64,000 nucleotides of DNA from Lama guanicoe (lineage: Eukaryota). The stretch lies in NCBI GenBank assembly GCA_013239625.1, contig MU053933.1, positions 1,428,001 through 1,492,000 on the forward strand. Direction: 5' to 3'. The notes under the pieces were generated by a model, which worked only from the letters and a program-made list of their open reading frames with translations, was not told where the DNA came from and made no database searches. Position 1 is the first letter of the stretch. The number at the start of each line of letters is the position of its first letter. The position numbers and the translations under genes were made by a program. Shown in pieces: positions 12,830 through 23,605 of the stretch.

Positions 12830-13320
12830 GGGGACCGTGGTGGGGCGGGGGCCCGGCTGCCCGGGGCGGAAGGGTCCTCTCCCCGGCCCACCCCTCCTCC
12901 CACCGCCTCCTTCCTCCTCCGTGGGTGTGGCAGCTGCCGGGAAGTCCCCCCACCCCACCCCACCCGACCTTCACAGACACTGGTAGAGAGACCTCCGGGG
13001 GAGGGCATTACCCGCGCCCAGGGAGCCCCAGGAGGCCCGTTTGCTAATTTCATTTTGGTTTTTTTTTTCCTTTCAAACTAAAGCATCTGAAACAGGTGAG
13101 TGTAAGACAGCAGTAAGACCACAGCGCAGAGTGGGACCCCAAAGGGGACCTGGAAGCACCTGCAGGGAACAGCGGCCCCAGGAAGCAGCAAGAACACCCC
13201 AGGTCCTGCCCCCTAAAAGCAGCGTCCAGTCCCGGCCGCCGCGGGCAGACCCGGCCGCACCGCGGGATGGCCCGGGCCTGACGGCTCAGCCGGCCTGCTG
13301 CCCGGCGCGCCCTTCCCACT
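12830..13320. promoter_or_regulatory. CpG-rich patches flanking the candidate microexon
   Basis: cccggccgccgcgggcagacccggccgcaccgcggg and similar runs. Confidence 0.35.
13084..13095 (+). other. Candidate 12-nt microexon CATCTGAAACAG (host gene not identified)
   Basis: Branch-point-like gCTAAT (13044-13048), long T-rich tract, AG at 13082-13083, consensus donor CAG|GTGAGT at 13096. Confidence 0.6.
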
Positions 13321-13508
13321 AGAAACCTCTGTGCCGGACTGGGCTGTGTTTTCTCAGAATCCACCCAAACGTTTTTGTTCCAAGTTTAGAATTAGCCTTG
13401 AGAGGCACAAAAACCACAGGAGGATACGGCTGAGTGAACTTGAACCTTCATACTTTCTGAGTGTGTCTTAAATGGGAAAATTCCAGAAGTTCTTTCTCAA
13501 AGTGAAAA

Positions 13509-13576
13509 AATAAAGTACAAGCTTTTGAGGACTATTTTTACATTTACAAGATTTTTCAACTGAAACAACAAATAAA
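13509..13576 (+). terminator. Two AATAAA hexamers (candidate polyadenylation signals) in an AT-rich island
   Basis: AATAAA at 13509-13514 and 13571-13576, followed by U/GU-rich tttgtttctgattct. Confidence 0.35.
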
Positions 13577-16458
13577 CTGAATTTGTTTCTGATTCTAAAG
13601 GGCACACTTTCCCGTGAGCTCCTGCGCATATAGGGCGGTGACCGGTGGGCAAGCACCAGGACACACAGGACGGAAGGACTCCAGGGTGCCGGGGAAGTGG
13701 AGTGAAGGGGGCAGGGCAAGAGGGGGTGGGCGCCAGGCTCCGCCCCCTCGCACTGATTTCCTTTGCAACCAAGTGCTGCTCCCCCGCCGCCCAGTCCCAC
13801 CGCCTCTCTCCCTTCATGGGTTTGCTTTGTTCCCCAGGTCGTAGAAAGCATTCAAGGACCCACTTCTCAGATGGGGACACTGAGGTAGAGACAAGGCTCT
13901 TGCTGGATCCCAGGACTCATGAGCAGTCAGGGGCCAAGGCGGGGATCCTCCCATCGCCACCTCCCACATCCTCACCCTGTGTCCCTTCCCGAGTCCCTGG
14001 GAGGCCTCGTCCCACACTGCAGCCCTGGCTCTGCCTCACTTCCAGCTCCACACCCCTGCACTCTGGGACGACCTTCAGAGTGGAGGCAACTGTTTAAATA
14101 TTAAATGGTCCTTGGAATGCCTGGGCTCCCATTAAGACCCTGAATCAAAAGAGAAAAAGAAAGACTTTAAAGACTGCTGAAGTTTGAAAAGCCGAATGAT
14201 CGATGATTGTGTTCTGGGGCTGCACCAGCGTCTCCATCTCCTTGGCCTCGGGCGCCTGGCTGCGGGGCGGCTCTGGGGACCCCCGGCACACAGGACAGGG
14301 GGTGCATGGTAGGGGAGAGGCACTAGCCAGGCCTGGGGTGATAGGCTGGGGGTCCGGATAGACGGTGATGGACTGGACAAGAGCCCAGGAGCCCAGCCGC
14401 AGTCCTGCCTCCTCAGGCAGCAGGAGGCCTGTGGGAGCCCAGGCCAGGGCAGAGGCCATCGGGGAGCATGCCCCCGGCCCAAGAGCAGCGGGGGCAGCGG
14501 GGCCAGCTGTGCATGCCCCCTGGGCGGGGACAGAGGGGACACCCTGCTTGTTGTGAGCATCCGCTAGCTGTCACTCCCACCGCGGAGGGGAGGGTCTTGT
14601 GCCCTCACCCGGCTGGAGCTTTACAGGCACCTTCTCCCTCGGAGGCTGCCCTGCGAAGGCCCCCAAAGTGACAATCCTGGAGGATGGGCGGGCACCCTGC
14701 AGATGCCACCCCACGTCCATCTGTGCGCGGGGATGTGAGCAGCCACGGGGAGCCAAGTCTACCATGTGCTGTGGCACGTCAGAGCCAGGGACACGAGGCC
14801 CAGCCGCCAGCTGGGAGGCCTGCCAACACGGGAAGGAGTGAGTCCTGGGCCCACAGGCCACATCATGGCCACAGTCACCACTTAGGCCCAGCCCCAGGGG
14901 TCTACCTGAGCCTCAGAGCCCGTCACTCCCAGGCCCTGAGCATCTAGCATTCTGGACACACCTGGCAAGTTGGAGCTGGACATTCTAGGTCCCAAGAGTG
15001 ACTGCGGTCTGTTCTCGATGCCTCTCCTTCCGTCAGAGCAGAGCCCAGGGGCATGCAGGCCTGCATCTTACCAGGCCCCTCCCACACCTCCCAGGAAACT
15101 GCCCCTTTCCCCCAACTTTCCCCATGGGCTCCTGACACCTGCTTCCAGGGTGCCCCATCTCCCTTGCTGAGACAGGGTGGCTGATTCCCAGAGCCTTTCA
15201 GCTCAAGAGAGGAGGCGTCCAGCCCACAGCCTCGGGGGGACACCTCCCTCGGCCCTGACTTCACTCGCTGGCTCCCCTCACCCAGCTCAGAGCTGCTGAC
15301 CTGGGTCTGGGCTGGTCCAGGTGGTGGGCCGAGCTCCATGGTGGGTGCGCGTCCGCTGTGACCTAATGGTGCCCCGCCATCCTGTCCCTCCTCACTGACA
15401 GCGAACAAGAAGGGGCTCCCCGCCCTCCCAGGCCTTACGTAACTCGCCCAGGGTCGCACAACTGCAAAGGAACCGAACATCGGACGCCAAGGCTCCTGTG
15501 TCCGCGTGGGAGGCGGCGTGACTTTCCCTGCGTCTCTACCCTGAGTGGGAAGCGCTGGATTCAGGAAGCACCTCAGTGCGTGCGGGAGGGGTCCTCACTT
15601 CAGAAAACATGGAGCTCACCAAGGGAGCCCTAACACTTCAGGGAGAGCCTCTCATCGGGAGTGTGAGTGTGGGCTCCCGCCCCTGAGGCAGGAAGCCTGG
15701 CGGGTGCCGGGAGCCACCGTGCTCCACAGTGTCCCTGTTCCTCGGTCTCGGGGCTCAGAAGACCCCCCTGCATGCGAGGACGCTGGGGACACTGCAGGGG
15801 CCCGGCATTGCCGTGACGACTTGTGATCTTGGAGCGCTCTGTAACCCCACAACCTGTTAGACTTTACTCCCCAAATTCTACCAAGCTGTGTGGTCTCAAG
15901 CAAGTCACCATGCCTGCCTCTGTTCTCGTCTATGAGACGGGCAGAGGGAGCCGTCCTGGGGGCTGGTTGAAGAAGCAGCTGTGAAGTGTGTAGCCAAGTG
16001 GATGCCTGAGAAAAAGAAGCAGATGGATGGACAGACGGACACCACACAGCCGATCTCCCAGCAGGAGCTCAGGATCCACCAGCGCAAGAGCCGGAGGCCA
16101 CGGGAGGCGGGAGCGTCTGCCCACAACCGGGCACGCCGTTGACTCCGAGGTCACCCCACTGTCGGGGGAGCTCAGCACACCTCCCCAGGGCTGGGAGGGG
16201 GCGCGAACACAGCGGCCCACCCGCGTAGGGAGCCGCCGGCACCGAGCACACACACACCACCTCACGTCCACCCACTCCCACAGAGGCCAGCACCGCGATC
16301 CCTCTCGTTGGCAGGTGGGGAAATTGAGACTCAGCTTCTTAGATGACTCCCCGCCCAAGAAAGGACATGAGAAGTGGCCAAGTGGCGTCTGGACGTGGGC
16401 AGCGTGACCGCACAGCAGCTCGGCCGGCCCTGCGGCGCCCGGACGTCCAGAGTTCGGC

Positions 16459-17085
16459 CCCTGATCACTAGTGATGCTCACTGTGCGCATTTTCCTGCAC
16501 CTGCTGGCCATTTGTGTGTCTTTGGAGACGTGTCTATTCAAGTCTTTGGCCCACTTTTCAATCAAGTTATTAGCTATTTCTGCTGCTGAGCTCAGGGGCT
16601 CCTCGCCGGTTTTGCACATTAGCCCGTTGGCAGAGCTGCGGGCTCCTCCTGTCCGCTGGCCGCCTTCTCACCCCGTCAGCGTTTCCTTCTCAGCTTGCTG
16701 TCACCCCAGTTCTCTAATCTTGCCTTGGTTGCCTGCACTTCTGGGGTCAAATCATCCCAAGACCAATGGCACAGAGCATTCCCCCTGTGTCTCCTTCTGG
16801 GAGGCTGGCAGCGTCAGGCTTGCCGCTGCATCTTCAAGCACGTTGCGTTGACTCTTGCGTCTGGTGTGACCTAAGTGCCCAGCTTCACTTGTTTGCATGT
16901 GGCTGTCCGGTTCTCCCAGCACCGCTTGTTGAAGAGACTGTCCTCTCCCCGTTGCCTGCTCTCGGCTCCCTCACCAGAGGCCAGGTAACTGTGTGCGTGT
17001 GGGTCCATTTCTGTGTTCTCTATGCTGTTCCGTTAGTCTGTGTGTCTGATTTTTCTGTCAGTTCCATGCTGTTTAAATTGTGATT
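16459..17085 (-). mobile_element. L1M ORF2 3' portion, inverted segment
   Basis: Minus-strand translation resembles L1 ORF2 (NNLIEKWAKDLNRHVSKDTQMASR); ttctcccagcaccgcttgttgaagagactgtcc. Confidence 0.9.
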
Positions 17086-17094
17086 GTTTGGAAT

Positions 17095-17610
17095 GTATTG
17101 GGGAAAATACAAATCAAATCAAACACAAGTCAGGGAAGTGTAAATCAAAACCACAATGAGATATGACCTCCCTCCCACCTGTCAGGATGGCTGTCATCAA
17201 AAAGACAAGTGTTGGTGAGGGTGTGGAGAAATGGAATTCTTGTCTCTGCGCAGCTGGTGGAGATGCAAAATGTCATTATGGAAAACTGTGTGGAGGTTCT
17301 TCAAAAAATTAAAACTTGACCACTAAATTATCCAGCAGCCCCACTTCCGGGTATCTGTCCAAAAGCATTGAAATCAGGCTCTCAAAGAGTTATCTGCTCT
17401 CCCCTCTTCTTTGCAGCACTAGTCACAAGAGCCACGGGGGGAAAACAGCCTAAGTGTCCATCCACGATGGGCAGATGAAGAAAATGTGGTCAATACATAC
17501 AGAGGAGTATTACTCAGCCTGTAAAAAGAAGGAAGTCCTGCCATATGTGACAACGTGGAGGAAACTGGAGGACATCATGCCAAGTGACATAAGCCAGCAC
17601 AGGACAAGGC
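17095..17610 (+). mobile_element. L1MA/MB-type ORF2 end and 3' UTR, sense segment
   Basis: aaatcaaaaccacaatgagata, tgttggtgagggtgtggagaaa, gaaaatgtggt, tattactcagcctgtaaaaagaaggaa. Confidence 0.92.
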
Positions 17611-18584
17611 ATTGCAACTGAAGTCTCCTGATTTCCGCTGCCCTCTGCTTCCTGGGAGGAGCTCCTCACAGGCGGGGCCACCGCAGCGGGCTGGCTCCTG
17701 CAGCCGCAGCACCGCTTGCCTGGTGCTGCACCGGCAGCAAGAGGAGGGAAGGGGTGGCCGCCCCAGGAAGGGGCACCTCACCCCGGAGCTTCCTGCTAAA
17801 GACGGCAGCTGCCGGCAGCAGCTCCCTGTGCACGGACCCGGATTCTGGCTGTGGCCGTAGGAAGAGTGCCCTCACGCCTTGCAGCTGCCAACTCACCGCC
17901 CCTCCTGGCTTCCCTCTGTCCCTGCCCCCTTGGACGCTCCCTCACCCTGTCCCCGGGAATCAAGCCTCTGAGAAAGCACCTGTGCCCTGAATCCTTGTCC
18001 CAGCTGAGATGAAGCTTCTAGGGCCTGAGAGCCTCAGTGGTTGCCTGCAGGCTTAGCCGTCCTTCACTCAGAAGACACCCAGGGCTCCAACTGTGACAGC
18101 ATGAGCTCCCAGCCCCACCAGGAGACCCTGGGCTGCCACGTTGCTGGACTGAAGGCCAAGGTCCCATTAGGCGGCCTCCACAAGACGCCTCTGCCGGGCT
18201 CGTGGCTTTTAAAGGGCTTGGTGCCGAGACAGCCTGCGTTCAATGCATCATACAATCCGTGCTGCCAGCCCGGCCACCAGCAGCTGCGCACTCGGCCAAC
18301 AAAGCAGAACCCCTCCTCCCAGTGGCCTCCTTCCCTCGCCCAGGGGGCTGTCCCGGGAGGCCCACGACTCCTGCCCCCAGGAAGTCTCCATCCGGGGCAC
18401 AGGCGGGCCCTCCAGCATCTCCAGCCACGTCTCCTCCACACCAGGGTCCTCATGACCCCAGGCAGGGCGCGCTTGTGGTCCAGCTGAGTCCACAGTAGGA
18501 CGTCCAGAGGACACTTCCCTGGACGGGGAGAACGGGTCCCCCAAACATTTTGTCAGCGCTGCTGCCACCATCACCTGTTGGGGA

Positions 18585-18685
18585 CGGCTCACCAGCACCA
18601 CCTACATCGTCACCACCATCACCAACGTCTCCCCAACACCGCCACCACCATCAGCATCACCACCATCAAGGACACCATCACCACT
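18585..18685 (+). repeat. Degenerate (CAC/CAT)n simple repeat
   Basis: caccaccatcaccaac...caccaccatcagcatcaccaccatc. Confidence 0.8.
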
Positions 18686-20103
18686 GCCCTCAGCTCGGGC
18701 GAGAGAGGCCTGGCACAAACAAGTGCCCAGTATTCGTTTGCTCTCCGGATACATGGGGTCTCAATTCAGTCTGAAGGTCTTCCTAGGCAAGGACCAGCTC
18801 GTTGGCCACCCATGGAGCTCCCAGCGAACCAGGCCCAGAGACAAGTCCCAGGAGGCCCCCTGTGAAGACATGGTGAAGAGGGAAGCGGAGAGGGGAGCAG
18901 GGGGAGGAAGGAGGGAGACGGAAGAAGTGGGGTGGGCAGGGGGTGGGAGGCAGAGAAGATCCAGGCTCCTGGCCGTGCATCAGTGACCCAGCGTGCAGTC
19001 TGCGGTTTCTTACAGCTGGAAGGAGATGCCTATAGTTCTGACCTCTCCTTCTTTAAAATCAGGAATGCAGAGGAAACCTCAGCCTCTTGATACATTCGAT
19101 TGACAAGCAGAGACATCAGAGGAGTGAAAGCAGGCGTCCCCTCTCCCCGTCTCAGCAGCTCCTGCTTCTCCCACCAGGCGTATGGCTCCTGGTTCGCCTG
19201 TGCCCTCGTCTCCACAGCCGGGGCTGGAGGCACAGGGCCTGGAGCCCACCAGGAAGTGCCAAGGGGCCTTGGGCCCGCTGGGGCAGGGCAGGAGCAGCCT
19301 AGGGAAACCAACCCTTGTTCTCCACTAAGGTGGAGTAGATGTCTCAGAGCCAGGGAAGGCAGAAGTGGGGGTGCAGGGGTGGACCCCCTCTGCTGTGCTC
19401 CACTGCGACTTCTCTGCCATCACGGATGTGGTCCTGCCCTCATCAGCAGTCCTGCCTTCAGCTGAGCATCACAGGTAGCAATTCTAACGTGCTGGGTCCC
19501 AGAAAGTCCTGGTCCAGCCACGTCTACTGCAGCTGTGCTCTGGGCCGGCAGCCCTGCCCACCCAGCCACATGGCCTCTGTTCCCCGGTGTGGAGAGAACC
19601 AGCGGACCAAGGATCGAACACACACACCCTGGCTGGGAAGAGGACGAGAAGGACCCTCCGTCCCGCTGCCTGGGGCAGTAGAAGGCAGAGACTCAGGAAG
19701 GAGTAAGCCACAGCCTCGGTTCCGCACCTGTGTCTGCTTCCGGCTGCTCCTTTGCAGAGTCACCACTTCCTTCCCTGGGCCATCAGTCACCAAGATGCCA
19801 GGCTTGTCCTCCCAGTGCCCAGACGTTGCCCCCACCTGCCACATACGTGCAACACACCAGACACACTCATGCAACATGCATGCAATTCACTCACCCGAGA
19901 CACATGCTCACACGGCACACGCACACACACATCAGCTGGCGCACACTCAGGCGATGCACACGCGCACGTCTGTGCAGAGGGGAACTGCTGTATTCTGGCA
20001 CATTGTCCTGATGAGGCCTCAGATTAAAGCCACCTCCTCCCCTGCTGGGTCAGAACAGACTAACCCATTGCCCACATGGGGGGGAGTTATTTCTGCTGCC
20101 AGC

Positions 20104-20189
20104 CCTGGAGAAGCTGCGGGTCCTGGAGAAGCTGCAGGTCCTGGAGAAGCTGCAGGTCCTGGAGAAGCTGCGGGTCCTGGAGATGCTGC
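20104..20189 (+). repeat. 18-bp minisatellite (CCTGGAGAAGCTGCRGGT) x ~4.8
   Basis: Units start at 20104, 20122, 20140, 20158, 20176. Confidence 0.95.
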
Positions 20190-20464
20190 TAGCTGGCACC
20201 TGCACCCTTTCCTCATCTGTCCGAGAAGGAGACAGGCCTCTTCAGCCCTGACTCTCCCCAGATCCTGAGAAGTAAACCATCCCATACACCAGCCCCACCA
20301 CCTGAGGAAAATCCGGGCAGTCTACAGATTCACGTGCACAAGAAGGAAAACAATGAAGGAGCCTGGAGGGGTGGCCTCCTCGGCCGGCTCGAGACTTCCC
20401 CCGCACTATGTCATGTAAAATGTACCAGGCCAGCTGCACGTCAGTGATTTCAACTCCGTGATGG

Positions 20465-20882
20465 TCAGAAAGGGCAAGACAGTAAAAAGATCAGTGCTTG
20501 CCAGGGCTTAGGGGAGGGACAAATAGGTGGGGTCCAGGGAAATTTTAGGGCTGAAAAACTGTTCTACATGACTATATAATGGGGCACACATGGCATCATG
20601 CATTTGTCACAGGGCATAGAACATGCCCCCCAAAGAGCGAGCCCTGATGTAAAGTGTGGGCTTTAGTTAATAGCAACGTGTCAACACTGAGCCACCGCGT
20701 ATTGTAAGGGCAGTGCCCACGCCAGATGTAAACAGCGGGGGAGGGGCGTGGGAGCTGGATGTAAACAGTGGGGGAGGGGCGGGGAGCTGGGTGGAAACAG
20801 TGGGGGTGGGGGTGGGAGTCTGCACTTTGTCAGTTTCTCTGTATAGGGAACTGCTTTTAAATGTTGTCTATTAATTTAAAAA
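20465..20882 (+). mobile_element. L1MC-type 3' end
   Basis: agacagtaaaaagatcagtgcttgccaggg, attttagggc, catttgtc, ccctgatgtaaagtgtgggctttagttaata. Confidence 0.85.
20724..20818 (+). repeat. ~33-bp tandem triplication inside the L1MC
   Basis: gatgtaaacagYgggggaggggc...gggagctg repeated about three times. Confidence 0.85.
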
Positions 20883-21149
20883 GGAGGAGGAGGAGATCAG
20901 GCTGAGATGTGGCCATTCCGAACAAATGCAACTTCCGTAGGTTACCAGCTGCCTCGCTGAGGCCCGCCCTGCCCCTACAGACACGGCCCCACGCCAGACG
21001 GTGTCGGGCCCTGCGGCAGAGGGCTGGCCCGGGAGCAGCCGCAGCCCGACGCATGCCTGCCTGAGCGGGCAGGCAGGCGTCCGGAGCCTGCAGGCCGGTC
21101 CCAGGGCAGCCTGCCCGGCCAGGACCTGCTGGTTCATGGTTGCTTTAAC

Positions 21150-21290
21150 AAATCACCACTTAGCTTTGTGGGGCCGGGAGCATGATTTATGGGAGCATGG
21201 CTGACGCTGACAGAGGCTGGGCCCTCTTTACTGCGGGATGTGGGGCAGTCTCAGTCACCCTCCCTCAAGGTCATCGGTAGCTGATAAGGA
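21150..21290. promoter_or_regulatory. Candidate enhancer motif cluster (PBX-HOX, MEIS, ERR/NR5A, GATA)
   Basis: ATGATTTATGG 21182-21192, TGACAG 21208-21213, TCAAGGTCA 21265-21273, TGATAAG 21282-21288. Confidence 0.35.
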
Positions 21291-22059
21291 CCCTGAGTTC
21301 TGAGGCCGAGGCGCCACATCCACCCGGCCTGCCCCCAGGAGCTGGGGGCCTGCGGCCAGCCCCAGGCCAGGGCCGCATCCCAACAGCTGTGCCCACCCCA
21401 CGCCAGCGCCCTCAGGGCCTTGAGCAGGTGGGGCCGTGGGCAAAGCTGTGTTCTGGACAGCCCGATCGATCGGGTCAGATAACTGTTGCCTCTTTCTCAC
21501 CCGAGGCCCGTTTTTCAGAGTGAAGTCACTTTCCTAAGCACGCACCCCTACACTCCTAAATCTCTCTCTCCAGTGCTTTCCTTTCTCCAGCCTGGCTCCA
21601 CCTGGGCTCTGTGGCGGTGGTTGGGGGGTGCGTACAAAGATTCATCTGCAGGGCTGTGTTCTCCATGCCCCGGGGTGGGGGGAGGTGGGACCTCTCCTGG
21701 GGGAAGAAGTACCCTGGGGGTGGTCCTCAGGGCATTGCTTTGCTTCCTCCTCAATCTCGGGGTGGGGGACACCACCCCTCCCCTACTGACGACTGCTGTT
21801 TCTCTGGAGTCATTGGATCGAGCCCCGCCCCTTGCTGTACAGCCTGTGCCCTGAGGAGGTGAAGGCCTGGCCGCAGTCCTGCTGGTGAGGGCAGCGCCAG
21901 GCCGAGGAGGGCACGTGCCCTGCAGGCCCTGAGGGGCCGGCCTCCTCGTGACCCGGCTTCTGCGTGTCCTGGCACCAGATGGAGCTGGTCTCTTCCCCTG
22001 GCCCGTGCAAAAGACTAAGACGTGATAGCTCTGATGACAGATCCTTTCACAACAGACAC

Positions 22060-22123
22060 GAATATTGAATCACTACGTTGTACACCTGAAACTAATGTAA
22101 TGTTAACAAGGCTAATAAAATAA
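22060..22123 (+). mobile_element. Short L1 3' terminal fragment
   Basis: tattgaatcactacgttgtacacctgaaactaatgtaatgtt followed by an A-rich tail. Confidence 0.75.
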
Positions 22124-22464
22124 CGGGGCAAAGGCAGCTGAGGCCAGAGGAGGAGGGTGACGGACACCTTTGCGATGATGGGCCTGAGTCACTGCTCAAG
22201 CTGCGCTCCAGAGGCCACCCAGCGCCGCGGGCCTCCTGGTCGGGGGCGTGTCCCCCGGGAGGCACCTTGCAGTCCTGGGCACCACTGCTGCACTGGAATC
22301 TGGTTCCACTTTTGGTTGACACGAGACTCGGGGACAGAGGAACAGGGTAAAGACCACTACCGGGTACAACTGGCAAATCCAGAACGCAGGAGAGTCGCTG
22401 GACCAGGTGTCTTCAATCAGTGAGTGAGAATGGGGGTGGCGGAGGGGAGGAGAAACTGAGAGTT

Positions 22465-22670
22465 GAATATACAAAATAAACAACGAGGTCCTGCCGTGCA
22501 GCACAGGGAACTGTATTCAATACCTTGTAATGACCTGCAATAGAAGAGAATCTGAAAAGGAATTTATTTCTATACGTATGTGTAACTGAACCACTATGCT
22601 GCACACCAGACACTAACACCACATTGTAAAACCGACTATAAGTCAGTAAAAATAAGTAAATAAAAAGAAA
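22465..22670 (+). mobile_element. Cetartiodactyl-type L1 3' tail, 5'-truncated
   Basis: ataaacaacgaggtcctgccgtgcagcacagggaactgtattcaatacc...gtaactgaaccactatgctgcacaccag...acattgtaaa followed by an A-rich tail. Confidence 0.9.
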
Positions 22671-23241
22671 CTAAGAGTTCAAAAGAGCCTTCAAAGTCCT
22701 ATCAGGTTGTGGACTTTGTGTTCAAAGAAACCAGCTCTGAAAAGCAGGCATTCGGTAGGGCTGTCTGTTAGAGTAACTTGCTGATGAGGCGAGGCCCAGG
22801 GACTGCAGTGAAAGAGCCCGGGAGAGGACGGGCGAGGGGCACCGGGGAGGGGATGGCCGATCAAGTAAGACCGGCCGTGACGCTCCGCCCTCTAAGGGCG
22901 ACTGAAAAGAATCAAAATAAATAGTTTAAAAAGTGTGACAAAAAATTAACAACAGCAAAAACCGAGCCCGTCCTTACTGTGAGGCTACACCCTCTACAGC
23001 CCCTAGCTCTAAACCGGGGTGGAAACAACAAAGGAGGTGCGTGCGCCCCGGGACGCCGGAGGAGGGCCCAGTAGCCCTTCCGTGGTGTCGACTTTGTACC
23101 TCATCCTCCTAAGGTGTCTCAGACGCCTGTGTTGTATGGACACGTAACACATCAGCAAGCTGGTCCACACGCAGAGCCGGACGCGCACACCTGTACCGGG
23201 GCGTGTGCTCACACGCTGCATCGCTGACCGCGGGGTGCCAC

Positions 23242-23605
23242 CGTCTCCACCGGCGCTGGCTGCGACGGCAGAGACACTGAGGGCTTAGACCGCAGACATC
23301 TGAGTCTCACAGTTCTGGAGGCAGGAGGCCCCCCACCGAGGCCGGCAGGCCTGGGGTCGGGCTGGCCCTCTTGCTGGCGTGTCTACAGCTGCTCCTTTCA
23401 GCTGTCTCCTCACAGGGCGGCGAGAGAACAGCTCGCTGTCTCTGGAACCCCTTCTTGTAAGGGCACAGAGCTCACTCATGGGGGCTCCATCCTCGCGCCT
23501 TCATCACCTCGCAAAGCCCCGCCCCCTAATGCCGCTACATCGCTACATCCGGGACTGGGGTTTCAACATAGGAATCTGAGGGACACAAACATTCAGCCTA
23601 TAACA
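23242..23605 (-). mobile_element. MaLR solo LTR, MLT1A0-like
   Basis: tctcacagttctggaggc, ttcttgtaagggcac, catgggggctccatcctc, tttcaacataggaat...gggacacaaacattcagcctataaca. Confidence 0.9.

Noticed and set aside
14101..14165. Minus-strand acceptor followed by collagen-like GLNGSPGIP (starting at 14139)
   Set aside because: Only three Gly-X-Y triplets, then frame loss and a stop; no donor at a multiple of 9 nt and no other collagen exons nearby.
18550..18774. His-rich ORF (HRHHHQHHHHQGHHHH)
   Set aside because: Translation of a degenerate (CAC)n simple repeat.
19339..20268. 309-aa ORF with PGEAAG repeats
   Set aside because: Length is explained by a CA-rich tract and the 18-bp minisatellite; no recognisable protein or splice structure.
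21461..21474. 14-bp perfect palindrome CCCGATCGATCGGG
   Set aside because: A few palindromes of this length are expected by chance in 64 kb.
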